A stretch of DNA of 64,000 nucleotides from the human T2T-CHM13v2.0 reference genome, Homo sapiens. How positions within the stretch are numbered: the stretch's first letter is position 1; each line of letters begins with the position of its first letter. Both the position numbers and the translations under genes were made by a program. The stretch lies in assembly GCF_009914755.1 (NCBI RefSeq), contig NC_060947.1. One strand, given 5' to 3'. The notes below the pieces were generated by a model. The model did not search any database, had not been told where the DNA came from, and was given only the letters and a program-made list of their open reading frames with translations. This document shows, one piece after another, positions 17,184 to 39,568 of this stretch.

Positions 17184-18644
17184 TAAAGTTTTAAATAAAG
17201 GTCACAAAAACATTATTGGTTATTTAGCCTCATATAATTAATGTTTGTTCTGCTTGATCTTGATAATCAGTTGCATGAACCCATCAGTTTTCGTTAGAGT
17301 TTTCAAAAATAATTCATTTCGTTCATTGATCTGAAAGTTATTACAAATCTATATTCAACAGTACTTGTTAAAATATTTTTTATGAATCTGATTCTGGATG
17401 CCTTTAGAGAAGAATCAGCACTGTAGATGATAAAGCTTAGAATAGTAACGATTAAAATCCGATGAAAGTTCAATAATTGACAAGGAAATTCAGTTATTTC
17501 TATTATAGAGAGAATTTTAAGATAACAACCAGAATCATGACTAACAGCATCACACCAGGACCATCAGACCTCTGTAAATTTTATATGATCTTCTGAACAT
17601 TAACATCAATAATATATCTATATAAATGTAAACACCAATTAGTATTTTTTATTATCTGACATTGTTTTTCATATAATGTGACATATCAAATAAGCCTAAT
17701 GAGAGACACATTCTTTGAGGCTCTCCAGGGGCCTCACTGGTAAATCTCAAAGTCAATTTTAGGTTAAAAAGACTTAAATTAGAATTTGATTAGTTTGTTC
17801 AACAGCAATAGATAAATTAAAAAAGAATTGCATTTTGGGGAAGTTTGTCAAAGATGTTAAAAGGCTCAAAACACTTGTGCAAAACAGGATCACGGGTCAC
17901 TGTGAAATAATAGTCACTCATTTAACCAGAGTGATAGTCCACAGACTTCAAAAGCAATACAGAAAGTTACATGGACTTAAAAACTTACCCTTTCAAAGCT
18001 CAGTTTTCCTAAGCAAGAAGAAACCTAATCAGTAGGCTGGGCGTGTTGGCTCACGCCTGGAATCCCAGCACCTTGGGAGGCCGAGGCGGACAGATCACTT
18101 GAGGCCAGGAGTTCAAGACCAGGCTGAGCGACATGGCAAAACCCCTTTTCTACTAAAAGGACAAAATATTAGCTGGGTGTCGTGGCCCACGCCTGTGGTC
18201 CCAGCTACAGGAGGCAAAAGAATTGCTTGAACCTGGGAGACAAAGGTTGCAGTGAGCCAAGATCCCGCCCATTGCATTCCAGCCTGGGCGACAGAGAGAG
18301 ACTCCATCTCAAAACAAAACCCTAGGATCAACAGAAAGGAATGCCTGGGTTAAGATAAAGGATTGTGGAGACCCAAGTTCTTATTTGCAGAGGAAGCCTT
18401 CAGGTACTAGGCTTCAGAGAGACTAGGTTGTAACATGTTTCTTATTAGACTGAAAGTCTGTGTTGATGTTGATGCCAGAGAGGTATAATGAGGCATGCCT
18501 GACCCCCACTTCCTGTCATGGCCTGAAACCATCTCTCAGGTTAAATTTTAAAAGAGCCCTGGCTGAGGAAGAAGTCCATTCAAATGGTTGCGGGTTGGCG
18601 GGGGATAGGATTTTATTTTTGATCTACAAGTTCTGTAAGATAAC

Positions 18645-20015
<1,371 letters not shown>

Positions 20016-20193
20016 CAATTAACCAGTATGATGTGCTTAAAGGTTGCCCCACCCCCTGACAGGGTGAGTATTATACTGAATTTAAAAATTCTTTCTAGGC
20101 AGGGCATGGTGGCTCACATCTGTAATCCTAACACTTTGGGAAGCCGAGGTGGGTGGATCACCTAGGGTGAGGAGTTGAAGACCAGCCTGGCTA

Positions 20194-20394
<201 letters not shown>

Positions 20395-21165
20395 CTATTA
20401 CAATCTTGATAACTGCTTTGCTTTGCATCTTACTATGGACTTGTTGGATATCTAGGTGGCTGTAAACTACGCAGAGAAAGATAGAAACAGCAGTGGAGAT
20501 AATTAGAAAATTGTAGTGTTCCTATAAAACAATTAACAAAAGGGGGAAATTGTAAGGGTAACTAAACATAAAACTGAATTTTTCCTGTTGCCAAGAGGGA
20601 AGAAGAAACCTGTCTCCATTTCACTTTCCTTAGAGCATTTCCTTGAGAAAATTTGTATTTGTAAATTCTTCCTTTGATCTGTAAGCCTCTGGCCATCCTA
20701 GAACCCAGGAATGTCTTGAACTTGAACTCCAGGCCTCAAGTGATCCTCCAGCCTCAGCCTCCCAAAGTGTTGGTCTTACAGGCGTGAGCCACCACGCCCT
20801 GCCCCCGAAATGTCTTTCTTCAGGGCCTTGGAGCCATCTCTTCGAAATGTGAACACTGAGGAAGATGATGTCCTTGTCTCCCTGTCACCAGGGGAGTTTA
20901 GCCTAGATGCCTTGCTCTAAGCTGTAAGCAGCTGGTTGTCGTAGAGACATGAGTTTTATTTTTCCTTCAGATAAAGGCAATTAACTAACACAGATGGGTA
21001 CTCCAGTTACCTGATGAACTTAGGACTTGCCTGGGAGCATTTAGTGTTCACCCTTGGCTGCTGCCATACAGCCAGGCCAATTACCTACATATCTGGACTT
21101 TCTGATTTCTGCTACCACTTTTTATTGTTTGTTTGTTTTGCTTTTTTTTTTTTTTTTTTTTTTAG

Positions 21166-21324
<159 letters not shown>

Positions 21325-22372
21325 TAGTAGAGACGGGGTTTCTCCATTCTGGCCAGGCTGATCTCCAACTCCTGACCTCATGATCCGCCTGCCTTGGCCT
21401 CCCAAAGTGCTGGGATTACAGGTGTGAGCCACCACGCCTGGCCTCTGCTACCACTTTTGGATTGTATGAAACACTACACTTCCAAGTGTGGGATCTGGCT
21501 TCCCAGACAGCTGCCAAAGGGGCGGGTGATGCAATCTAGAAGTGTAGGGGAGTTCGTGCCTGTGGGATATCTACTGCCTGTGAAGTGAATTTTCTTTTTA
21601 TTTCTTTTTCTTTTTTATTTAGAGACAGAGTCTCTGTCGCCCGGGCTGGAGTGCAGTGGCCCGATCTCGGCTCACTGCAATCTCTGCCTCCTGAGTTTAT
21701 GTAATCCTCCCTCCTCAGCTGCCCTGGTAGCTGGCACTACAGGCATGCAACACCAATGCCTGGCTAATTTTTTCATTTGTGTGTTTAGTAGAGAAGGGGG
21801 TTCACCATCTTGGCCAGGCTGGTCTCGAACTCCTGACCTCAGGTGTTCCACCTGCCTCAGTCTCCCAAAGTGCTGGGATTACAGGCGTGAGCCACCGTAC
21901 CCGGCCTGTCACATTTACTTTGGAGAATAAAACAAGTTGAGTCTTGTGCCAAAATGCAGGGGAAGCTGCACCCAGACAGGTAACAAAATATTATATACAA
22001 TCATAGATAGGTTTACTACATACCGATAATAACCATTTAGAAAACCAAATTGAGAAAAATTACACTTTCATAGTGACAAAAGTACATAAAATATCTAAAA
22101 CCAGATGATTGGAGCAAGATGGCAGACAGATCCCGTGCCCCACTCAATCAACATTCCATTGAACTGAGAAGAAAATGTTTTCAAGGGTCAACTCTTAACA
22201 GTAGAGGAAAATAAGAAAACGTGTCAGTGGTCCGCCAGAAATATTGAGGCATTCCTGGGAGATAGAGTAGATGGGATCAGACTGATAGAGAAACCCGAGG
22301 AGACAAGACCACAGCTCAAATCACTGTAGTAAAGAGATGCTGTTTGCTTTGAGCAACAGACTTACTCTGTGA

Positions 22373-22579
<207 letters not shown>

Positions 22580-22780
22580 TGACCTCAAGTGATCTGCCTG
22601 CCTCGGCTTCCCAAAGTGCTGATATTACAGAGTGGGTCACCGCGCCCACCCGCCCACCCAGGAGATTCTCTTTGTAACAAAGCCTCTGAAAATCTCCAAA
22701 CCCTGAATCAAAAAAAACACGGAGCTGGAAAGGGCCTTAGGATAATCACATCATGTAGGTTAATTTAAAAGTTCATTAGA

Positions 22781-23198
22781 GGAACCAACCCAAATGTCCA
22801 ACAATGATAGACTGGATTAAGAAAATGTGGCACATATACACCATGGAATACTATGCAGCCATCAAAAACGATGAGTTCACGTCCTTTGCAGGGACATGGA
22901 TGAAGCTGGAAACCATCATTCTCAGCAAACTATCGCAAGGACAAAAAACCAAACACCACATGTTGTCACTCATAGGCGGGAATTGAACAATGAGAACACA
23001 TGGACACAGGAAGGGGAACGTCACACACCGGGGCCTGTTGTGGGGTGGGGGGAGGGGGGAGGGATAGCATTAGGAGATATACCTCATGGTAAATGACGAG
23101 TTAATGGGTGCAGCACACCAACATGGCACATGTATACATATGTAACAAACCTGCACGTTGGGCACATGTACCCTAAAACTTAAAGTATAATGAAAATA
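22781..23198 (+). mobile_element. Young L1PA 3' fragment with target-site duplication
   Basis: ORF2 end ([21 protein letters not shown]) plus 3'UTR; TSD aaaagttcattaga at 22767-22780 and 23199-23212; TT/AAAA target site. Confidence 0.93.
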
Positions 23199-23225
23199 AA
23201 AAGTTCATTAGAAACATCTGAATCA

Positions 23226-23696
<471 letters not shown>

Positions 23697-25729
23697 TTAC
23701 AGTAATAATCAAGGAGAGAAACACATTTGTGGAGAAGGGACCATGTTCACTCTTTATCTATCCATGATAGACAGATAGTCCGGAGCTTTATATACCCATG
23801 TAACCTAAGGAAAAATGTTCCCTGTCATAACTCACAATCTTCCTGCCACACTACGTTGCACCTGTCTTGTGGGCTGGGGGACCCAACTTATGGATCCCAT
23901 TGTCCCAGGGAGAAAGAAAAATCAAATGCTTCGGTATCTCTTTTAGGGTATCCTCTCCTCTATTTGCATGGAGGACATGGCACTCAATATCTAGTAGCCG
24001 AATGTTACATTTGTGTAATACAGAACTATATTGGGATAAAATAGAATTTGTTCCCTCTGAGACACAGGTAGAGGTACGTCCACACTGACCTGGGTGGCAG
24101 CCATCTCTTCCTGCACTGCCAGGCAGGGCATGCTCACAGATCTGGGGAACCTCTGTTGCTCCTGGAGCTCCACAATCTCCTTCCAGGCACCCTCTCCCTC
24201 TGGTGGCTGTGACAGCCCACATGTGGCTTTGTCTCCCCTGCTTCTTTGCCTGCCCCTCTTCTGCCCACCCTTCGTATCTCTGTCTCCCACTGTCCCTGCT
24301 GTGACCACAACTGCCTCTCCCTCCCTGCACTCTCTCTCTCCTAGGGCTCCTTGTCTTCGGTAAATGAACCCACAGCCTTTACATTTTGATTGGGGACAGA
24401 GCCCGGGGCTTGTTCAATTCCCCCTCCCTCCACCACACACACCTGTCCTCCTTAAAGTTTCTGAAGTCAGTGAGCTCCAAACTCAGCCCCTCCTGCACCT
24501 GCCAGCTGTAGGACCTCTGACAAGACACCTACCATCTCTCTGGGACTCCGTCTCTCATCTATTATATTGGCATAATGATGATAGTGTCCTCCTTCGAAGG
24601 CTGGGGAGAACCAGGAGGCCAAGGTGATGGGCCACGAACGGGCAAAACAGCTCCAATCCTGCCTCCACCTGGGGCTGGTGTTTCAAGTCCATTGTGTGTG
24701 AATGGAGCTTTGATGTCTCCATTGACACGCAATGGTTTGTTCTAAAATAGACTCCCCTCTGCCCTTCCCTTCCCCACAACTGTTTCACCTCTGTACCGTG
24801 CAATGGTACCTGTGAGAAAGAACTGTCCCATTCCCAAATCATCATCCCCACCCCAGCCCCCAGGCCTTTGGTTGGTGAGACCCTTGATGGGCGCTCTCAT
24901 GCTTCTGTCCAGGAGACTTTCCCACCAATTGCTCCCCTGCATGGAGACTAAGTGGACTCTTCTATTCCCTGTCCATCACAGGGTCTACATTGCACGCATC
25001 TGCCTTATTCTTCCACGTTCCCCAGATGACGATTTCATCTGTGTCTCCTCCCACATCCACCCAAATGGACCGTCCCAGACCTTGAAACCGAAAATCATTC
25101 AGAGAGCAAAGGCCAAGATGCCCAACCACCTGCTACAGAATCCTGCTCCAGGACTGAAGTGTATAGTCTGTATCAAAATAAAAACTGGAGGACAGGTGCT
25201 GCGGCTCACGCCTGTAATCCCAACACTTTAGGAGACCAAGGTGGGAGGATTGCTTTGGCCCAGGAGTTTAAGTCCAGCCTGGGTAACATAGAGAGACTTT
25301 CTTGACAAAACCTTAAAAAACTTAGTGGATCATGATGGTGCACGCCTGTAGTCACAGCTTCTCTGGAGGCTGAGGACGGAGGATTGCTTGAGCCCAGGAG
25401 TTCAAGGCTGCACTGAGCTATGATCATGCCACTGCACTCTAGCCTGGACAGAGCAAGACCACCATCTCTAGAAGAAACAAACAAACAAAACCCAACAACT
25501 GGAAACATCCTCCTCTAGAACGGGGGTCAGGAACTCCTGTCTGCCTTGTTCCCTGACGTCGCTCCAGCACCTAGAACAGCGCTCAGCACGAGGACGCACT
25601 CATTAGTGTTTTGTTGAATAAATGACTCCTTTGACACAGCAATTCCACTTCTAAGAATCTTTCCTAAAGAAATATGCACACACGTGCACAGAGCTGTGTG
25701 CACAATAATGGCACGAGCAAACAACTGGG

Positions 25730-25880
25730 GAACGTTTGCAAAGGTTTATTAACTGTCAGTGACTGCTACAGGGGAATCGGATGAGGGGAGTACATGCTGA
25801 CCAGGAAACAGAGTGAGGGGAGCTTGACCAGGACGCATGGCAATGGGAAAAGCAGATGGCAGATGCTTATACTGGTACTT

Positions 25881-25929
<49 letters not shown>

Positions 25930-26356
25930 TGTGGTTTGTGTGCGTGTGTGTGTAAATGCAGAGGAAAAAATCTGAAATTAAACACTCAGAACTGCCCTCA
26001 GTAGTCACATCTGGGGAGAGAGGAGGGTAATGCTGTTCCATGCAGAGGTAACCGACAATACTTGTTTTCTAAGGTAGGTGCATGGATACACAAACCAAAA
26101 TATGCATTAAGTATGTCTTGCTCATCAATGAAAATGTTAGTATCTAACAGAATGACACAGTGTAAGAAAATACAACGTAAACGCTAACATCGAACTCTTG
26201 GCACACTAAGAAAAATGACGCTCAACTTTTCACTGTTGTGAACACTTGCTTTCACTTGCTATGCACCTGATGACGAGGGGTCCGCAGCCATGCCCATGTT
26301 CGTGAAAGGTCACCACGTTCTGCTTCTCATCATGGGCATGTGTCGTATCCCTGAGG
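25730..26356 (-). other. SSX2: SSX2 exon 8 (3'UTR); polyA signal AATAAA at 25750-25745
   Basis: Pyrimidine tract then cag|CCTCAGGGATACGAC; contains a (CA)n tract; tttatt on + at 25745-25750; exact 3' end estimated. Confidence 0.85.
25882..25953. repeat. (CA)n microsatellite in SSX2 3'UTR (shorter paralog 7058-7090)
   Basis: Long gt run on +. Confidence 0.95.
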
Positions 26357-26825
26357 CTGAGGCAAGAAGAGAGAAGGAAATAAGTGGCAGTGAGTTCCCA
26401 CCACGTGGCAACGCAATCTCAACTCCTCCTGACCTGCAGACCCTGCACACTCCGATTCTGCCCTATCTCAGGACCTGCACACGCCTTCCACGGTTCCTCG
26501 AAGTGAACCATCTGTTCATGCCACAGTGACTTCCTCGCCTGGGTTATCAATTCCTAGGCTAGAGAAAGGTGTGGCCCGCATATCAGGGCTTACTTGGGGT
26601 TTGGGACCCCACAGCATCCTGGGTAGGGAGGATCCCCGGATATATACAGGGCAGGGAGTAGAAAGAGCATGGGAAATCTCTCATCGTTCAGCCTCAATGC
26701 TGTACAGTAGAAAATTGTAAGAAGGGAATGATTTGGGGAGCAAGTGACAGATGGGATACCAGTATCATAACAGAATAGCACGTCTGCAGGGATGTGGGGG
26801 ATGAGTGGAAGGTTCTCTTACGGAG

Positions 26826-34597
<7,772 letters not shown>

Positions 34598-35925
34598 GGC
34601 ACCGGGAGCAGTCTGACCTGCAAGAGAAATAGCCTGAGTCTTTCCAGCCACAGCAGCTTTGATCCTGTGGAGGGAGAAGTCAGTGAAGGCCGGCCACCCT
34701 CAGTCACCTGGAATCAGCTGCTGCATTTCTCCATCCGGGGCTTATCTGTCCCTGAGTAAGGATATGGGGAGAAATCAGATGAAAACAGGGAACCAGGGGT
34801 CTCTGGGAGAAGTATTGATAGGGAATGACAGGTTTCCTATGGGCAAAGCAGCCTTGAGTCTTTGGGAGGGGGTTGGCTAATGTTGTTAGTAGTTTCCCTG
34901 GAGCTAGGCTTACCCTGAAAGATGTACGGACCCTTTTTGGGGAGGCAGGGACATGACTGTGTAATTTTATTCAGTGGGGGCATGCTGACACCCCCACTCA
35001 ATAAATAAAGGAAGGGAAGTTAGTCCCAGAGATAACATGGTCTCTTTGGCGATGGATCTGATCAGGCAGAGGGATGGGGGGTTCTGTTCTGTTGAAGAGA
35101 AATGAGCATCGCTAATATGAACGTGTTCAGAGGCTATTACTCGGTGATTTGTAAATTATTAGAAGGAAGAGAGCTAGAATTTCTGAGACTACAAGAGCCC
35201 GCCATCACTTAGAGAGAATGTGGGGCATTTCAAGATGCAGCAATCAGCCAGGCGCCGTGGCTCACGCCTGTAATCCCAGCACTTTGGGAGGCCGAGGCGT
35301 GCAGGTCGCTTGAGCCCAGGAGGTCGAGACCCGGCTGGGAAACACAGCAAAACCCCCGTCTACAAAATACACAAAAAGTTAGCTGGGGTTGGTGGAGCAG
35401 GCCTGTACCATCCCAGCACTTTGGAAGGCCAAGGTGGGCGGATCGCCTTAGCCCAGGAGCTTGAGACCAGGCTCGCAAACGTAGCAAAACCATCTCTACT
35501 AAAAAAAACAAACAAAATTTAGCAGAAGCGGGGTGGTGCGCGCCTGTAGCCCCAAGGCCTAGGCGAGAGGCTCACTTGAGCCCAGGAGGAAAGATTTGAG
35601 TGAGCTTTTTTGGTTTTTGTTTTTTCAGACAGGGTCTCGCTCTGTTGCCCAGTCGGGAGTGCACTGGCGTGATCATGGCTCACTGCAACCTCCGCCTCTT
35701 AGGTTCAGGCGATCCACCAGCTGTGGCTTCCAAAAGTGCAGGGATTACAAGTGTAAGCCACCACGCCCGGCCCAAATTTCTTAAGTTACTACAGAGTTCC
35801 TAGGAAAAATCCCGTACCTGAAAAAGTTAGAAACTGACAGGAAAGATTCGAGATGGCGGCCTGCCTCATATACACTCCTTATTAAAACTAGATAGCAAAT
35901 GCACCGCGGAGGAGGGGAGGGGTAG

Positions 35926-36058
35926 GAAGAATGGAAAAAGAAAATCGGCGTATGCTTACTCTGATTTTGGAAGAATCCAAAGAGAAAATCAGACCGTGCG
36001 TACTCTGAGTATGGAAGAATCGAAAGAGAGAGAAAGTCAGAGCATGCGTACTCTGAAC
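35926..36058. repeat. Three imperfect tandem copies of a ~44-46 bp unit forming SSX2 exon 1 and its donor
   Basis: gaagaatggaaaaagaaaatcggcgtatgcttactctga / gaagaatccaaagagaaaatcagaccgtgcgtactctga / gaagaatcgaaagagagagaaagtcagagcatgcgtactctga. Confidence 0.85.
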
Positions 36059-36060
36059 TT
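35960..36060 (-). other. SSX2: SSX2 exon 1 (non-coding); 5' boundary approximate
   Basis: Donor ATCAGA|gtaagc at 35960/35959; joins exon 2 as ...CCAAAATCAGA-GTCAGACTG... Confidence 0.75.
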
Positions 36061-36300
36061 AAAGTAGCCAATCCCAGGGGATGCTTTAGGCGGGAAAATT
36101 AGAGTCTCCACCCCCACTTTGAGAAGGTTCCGTCCCTGGAGCCGGGACTGATAGAAGCCACATCCGCTTCGCTTGTTCCGCCTACTGTTCTGACTTCTAA
36201 TTGGCCAGATGGAGTTCACTAACTGCCCTGATTGGTCCATCATCCTTGGGCAGTGACATAGCAGAATAATGTCTCCTCCTCCAGCCACACTTTGTTGCCA
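36060..36300 (-). promoter_or_regulatory. SSX2 promoter: E2F-type site (GGCGGGAAAA 36089-36098), CCAAT boxes at 36068-36072, 36200-36204, 36231-36235; CpG-containing, no obvious TATA
   Basis: Motifs read directly; two same-orientation CCAAT boxes lie 31 bp apart; the region is immediately upstream of exon 1. Confidence 0.6.
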
Positions 36301-36689
36301 CTGCGAAAAAGTGGGTGGTCCTCAGGCGCCGTCAGATTTTGAACTCTCTGAAGACCGTTCCTGGATCTTGGGTTAAAAATCTGGATTCTAGTCTGAACTG
36401 TGGGAAGAAAAAAATAGTCAATCTGTGATTTTTCTACTTGAAAGACACGATGTTTTCCAAACTAGCACATTTGCGGAGGTTTGCTATACTTAGTCGTGGC
36501 TTTCATTCTTCAGTGGCTTCTATGTCTGTTGCCACTGAAAAAACAGTCCAAGGCCCCGCAACCTCTGCTTACATTTTTGAAAGGGAATCTAAGTATGGTG
36601 CGCACAATTACCATCCTTTACCTGTAGCCCTGAAGAGAGGAAAATGTATTTACTTATGGGATGTGATTGTGGTATTGGTTACATCTGCC

Positions 36690-37715
36690 TTGGCCAATCC
36701 TCCAGCCTCCGTCTTGGGACTACAGGCGCGAACCACCCTACCCCCACTAATATTTTTTATTTTTTGATTTTTTAATAGAGAAGGTTTCGCTGTGTTGGCC
36801 AGGCTGGTCTTGACGTCGTGGGCTCAAGCGATCCTCCCACCTCGGCCTCGGGACTACAGGCATTCACCACCCAGCCCACGCTTTTTTTTTTTTTTTTTTT
36901 AAGTAGAAACCAGGTTTTGCTATGTTGGCCAGGCTGGTCTCATCGTCCTGGGCTCAAGGGATCCTTCCGCCATGGCCTCGAGACGACAGGCATGCACCAC
37001 CCTGCCCACGCTTTTTTTTTTTTTTTTTTTTTTAGTAGAAACCGTGTTTCCCTATGTTGGCCAGGCCGGCATCAAGCTCCTGGACTCAAGGGATCCTCCC
37101 ATCTCAGGACTACAGCCATGCACCACCCTGCCCAAGCTATTTTTTGTTTTGTTTTGTTTCGTTTTAGTGGAAACCGGGTTTCGATATGTTGCCCAGGCTG
37201 GCCTCAACCTCTCAGGCTCAGATGATGCTTCCACCTCGGCCTCAGAACTATAGGCGTGTGCCATTCTACCCCGCTCATTTTTATTTATTTATTTATTTAT
37301 TTATTTTTTAGGAGAGGCAGGCTTTCGCTTTGTTGGCCAGGCTGGTATCAAACTCCTGGGCTCAAGCAATGCTCCCACCTTGGCCTCAAAACTACAGGAG
37401 TGAGCCACCCCGCCCACGCTATTTTTCTGTTGTTCTTGTTGTTAGCAGAAATGGGGTTTCGCTATGTTGGCCAGGCTGGCCTCGACCTCCTAGGCTCAAG
37501 CAATCCTCCCGCCTCGGCCTCGGGACTATGGGCTCACACCACCCCGCCCCCACTAATATTTTTAATTTTTCTATTAGAGACAGTTTCGCTATGTTGTCCA
37601 GGCTGGGCTCTACCTCTGGGACTCAAGTGATTCTCCCGCCTCGGCCTTGGGACTACAGGCATGCACCACCCTGCCTTTTGCTATGTTTCCCAGGTTGGTC
37701 TTGACCTCCTGGGCT
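36690..37715 (-). repeat. Tandem array of ~8 Alu-derived ~130-bp units
   Basis: Repeating unit: ctcggcctc-gggactacaggc-caccacc-T tract-tagtagaaa-gtttcgctatgttggccaggctgg-cctgggctcaagcgatcctccc. Confidence 0.88.
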
Positions 37716-37850
37716 CACTCAATGATTTGAACCCGGGAAGTGGAGGTTGCATTGAGCTGAGATCACACCACTGCACTCCAGCTTGGGCGACAGAGCAAGA
37801 CTGAAAAAGAAAGAAAGAAAGAAAGAAAGAGCGAGAGAGAGACCAGCTGA

Positions 37851-38039
<189 letters not shown>

Positions 38040-38042
38040 TGA

Positions 38043-38138
<96 letters not shown>

Positions 38139-38289
38139 TGAGTGACCATCGCAGCCCTTGAGGTTTTAGAACAAGAAAATCTTGCTGAAAATGCAGAAAA
38201 AAAAATGGGTATTATCGTGAGAAGTGAACCCATGAAGCTACCTTTTGATGTTGTAACTGCCATAAGAGGAACAGAATTATTATTATTGC

Positions 38290-38594
<305 letters not shown>

Positions 38595-39246
38595 TAAATG
38601 CTATTGTTATTAAAGAAACCATAGACTGTAATGCTTGGGAGGTGTGTCTATGACTTTGAGATTATGGACTTCTGGCCAAGCCCACCCATGGTGACATCAT
38701 CAGGTTTCACCTCTGCTGGTGATCAAGGAGGATGAGATTCGAGAGTCCAGTGAAATCATTAACAAGACCATCTTGTCGTTCTGAGGGTAGCAGCTGTTTT
38801 CAGTGGTCCCTGGGAGCCGGCTGGAGACAGGTGGTCCTGTAAAAGCTCTGCTCTAAATGTAGGCACATTCCACTCCCATGTGCCGTCAAAATCTTTTTGT
38901 GTATATATGTTTTTTTCAGTTGATACACAATGGAACAATGTTCATGAACCTGACATTTGCTTTGTAGTGTTAAGAGAATGTAATGGCATCTATATTCAGT
39001 GAAAGCGTTTTGATGTGCACGTGTACTTTATAAGGTGAAATGCATCTGTATATACAGACAGCCTTTAAATCACATCCTTCAGTATACTTTATATATGCTT
39101 TTATAATTTCCTTGCTGGTATAAAGGTTTTGTATTTGAAAAAGTATCTCTAGCGTATTACATAAAAGGCTGCACCTTATAAAGTCAAATCATTGTTTTCA
39201 TTGAATTTTAGGAAGGATCAATGGTTAAGCATATAAAAAATACTAG

Positions 39247-39568
<322 letters not shown>

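Noticed and set aside
36690-37715. Repeat-spacer-like periodicity suggesting a CRISPR-type array
   Set aside because: Units are Alu fragments with T tracts and no unique spacers; eukaryotic context.
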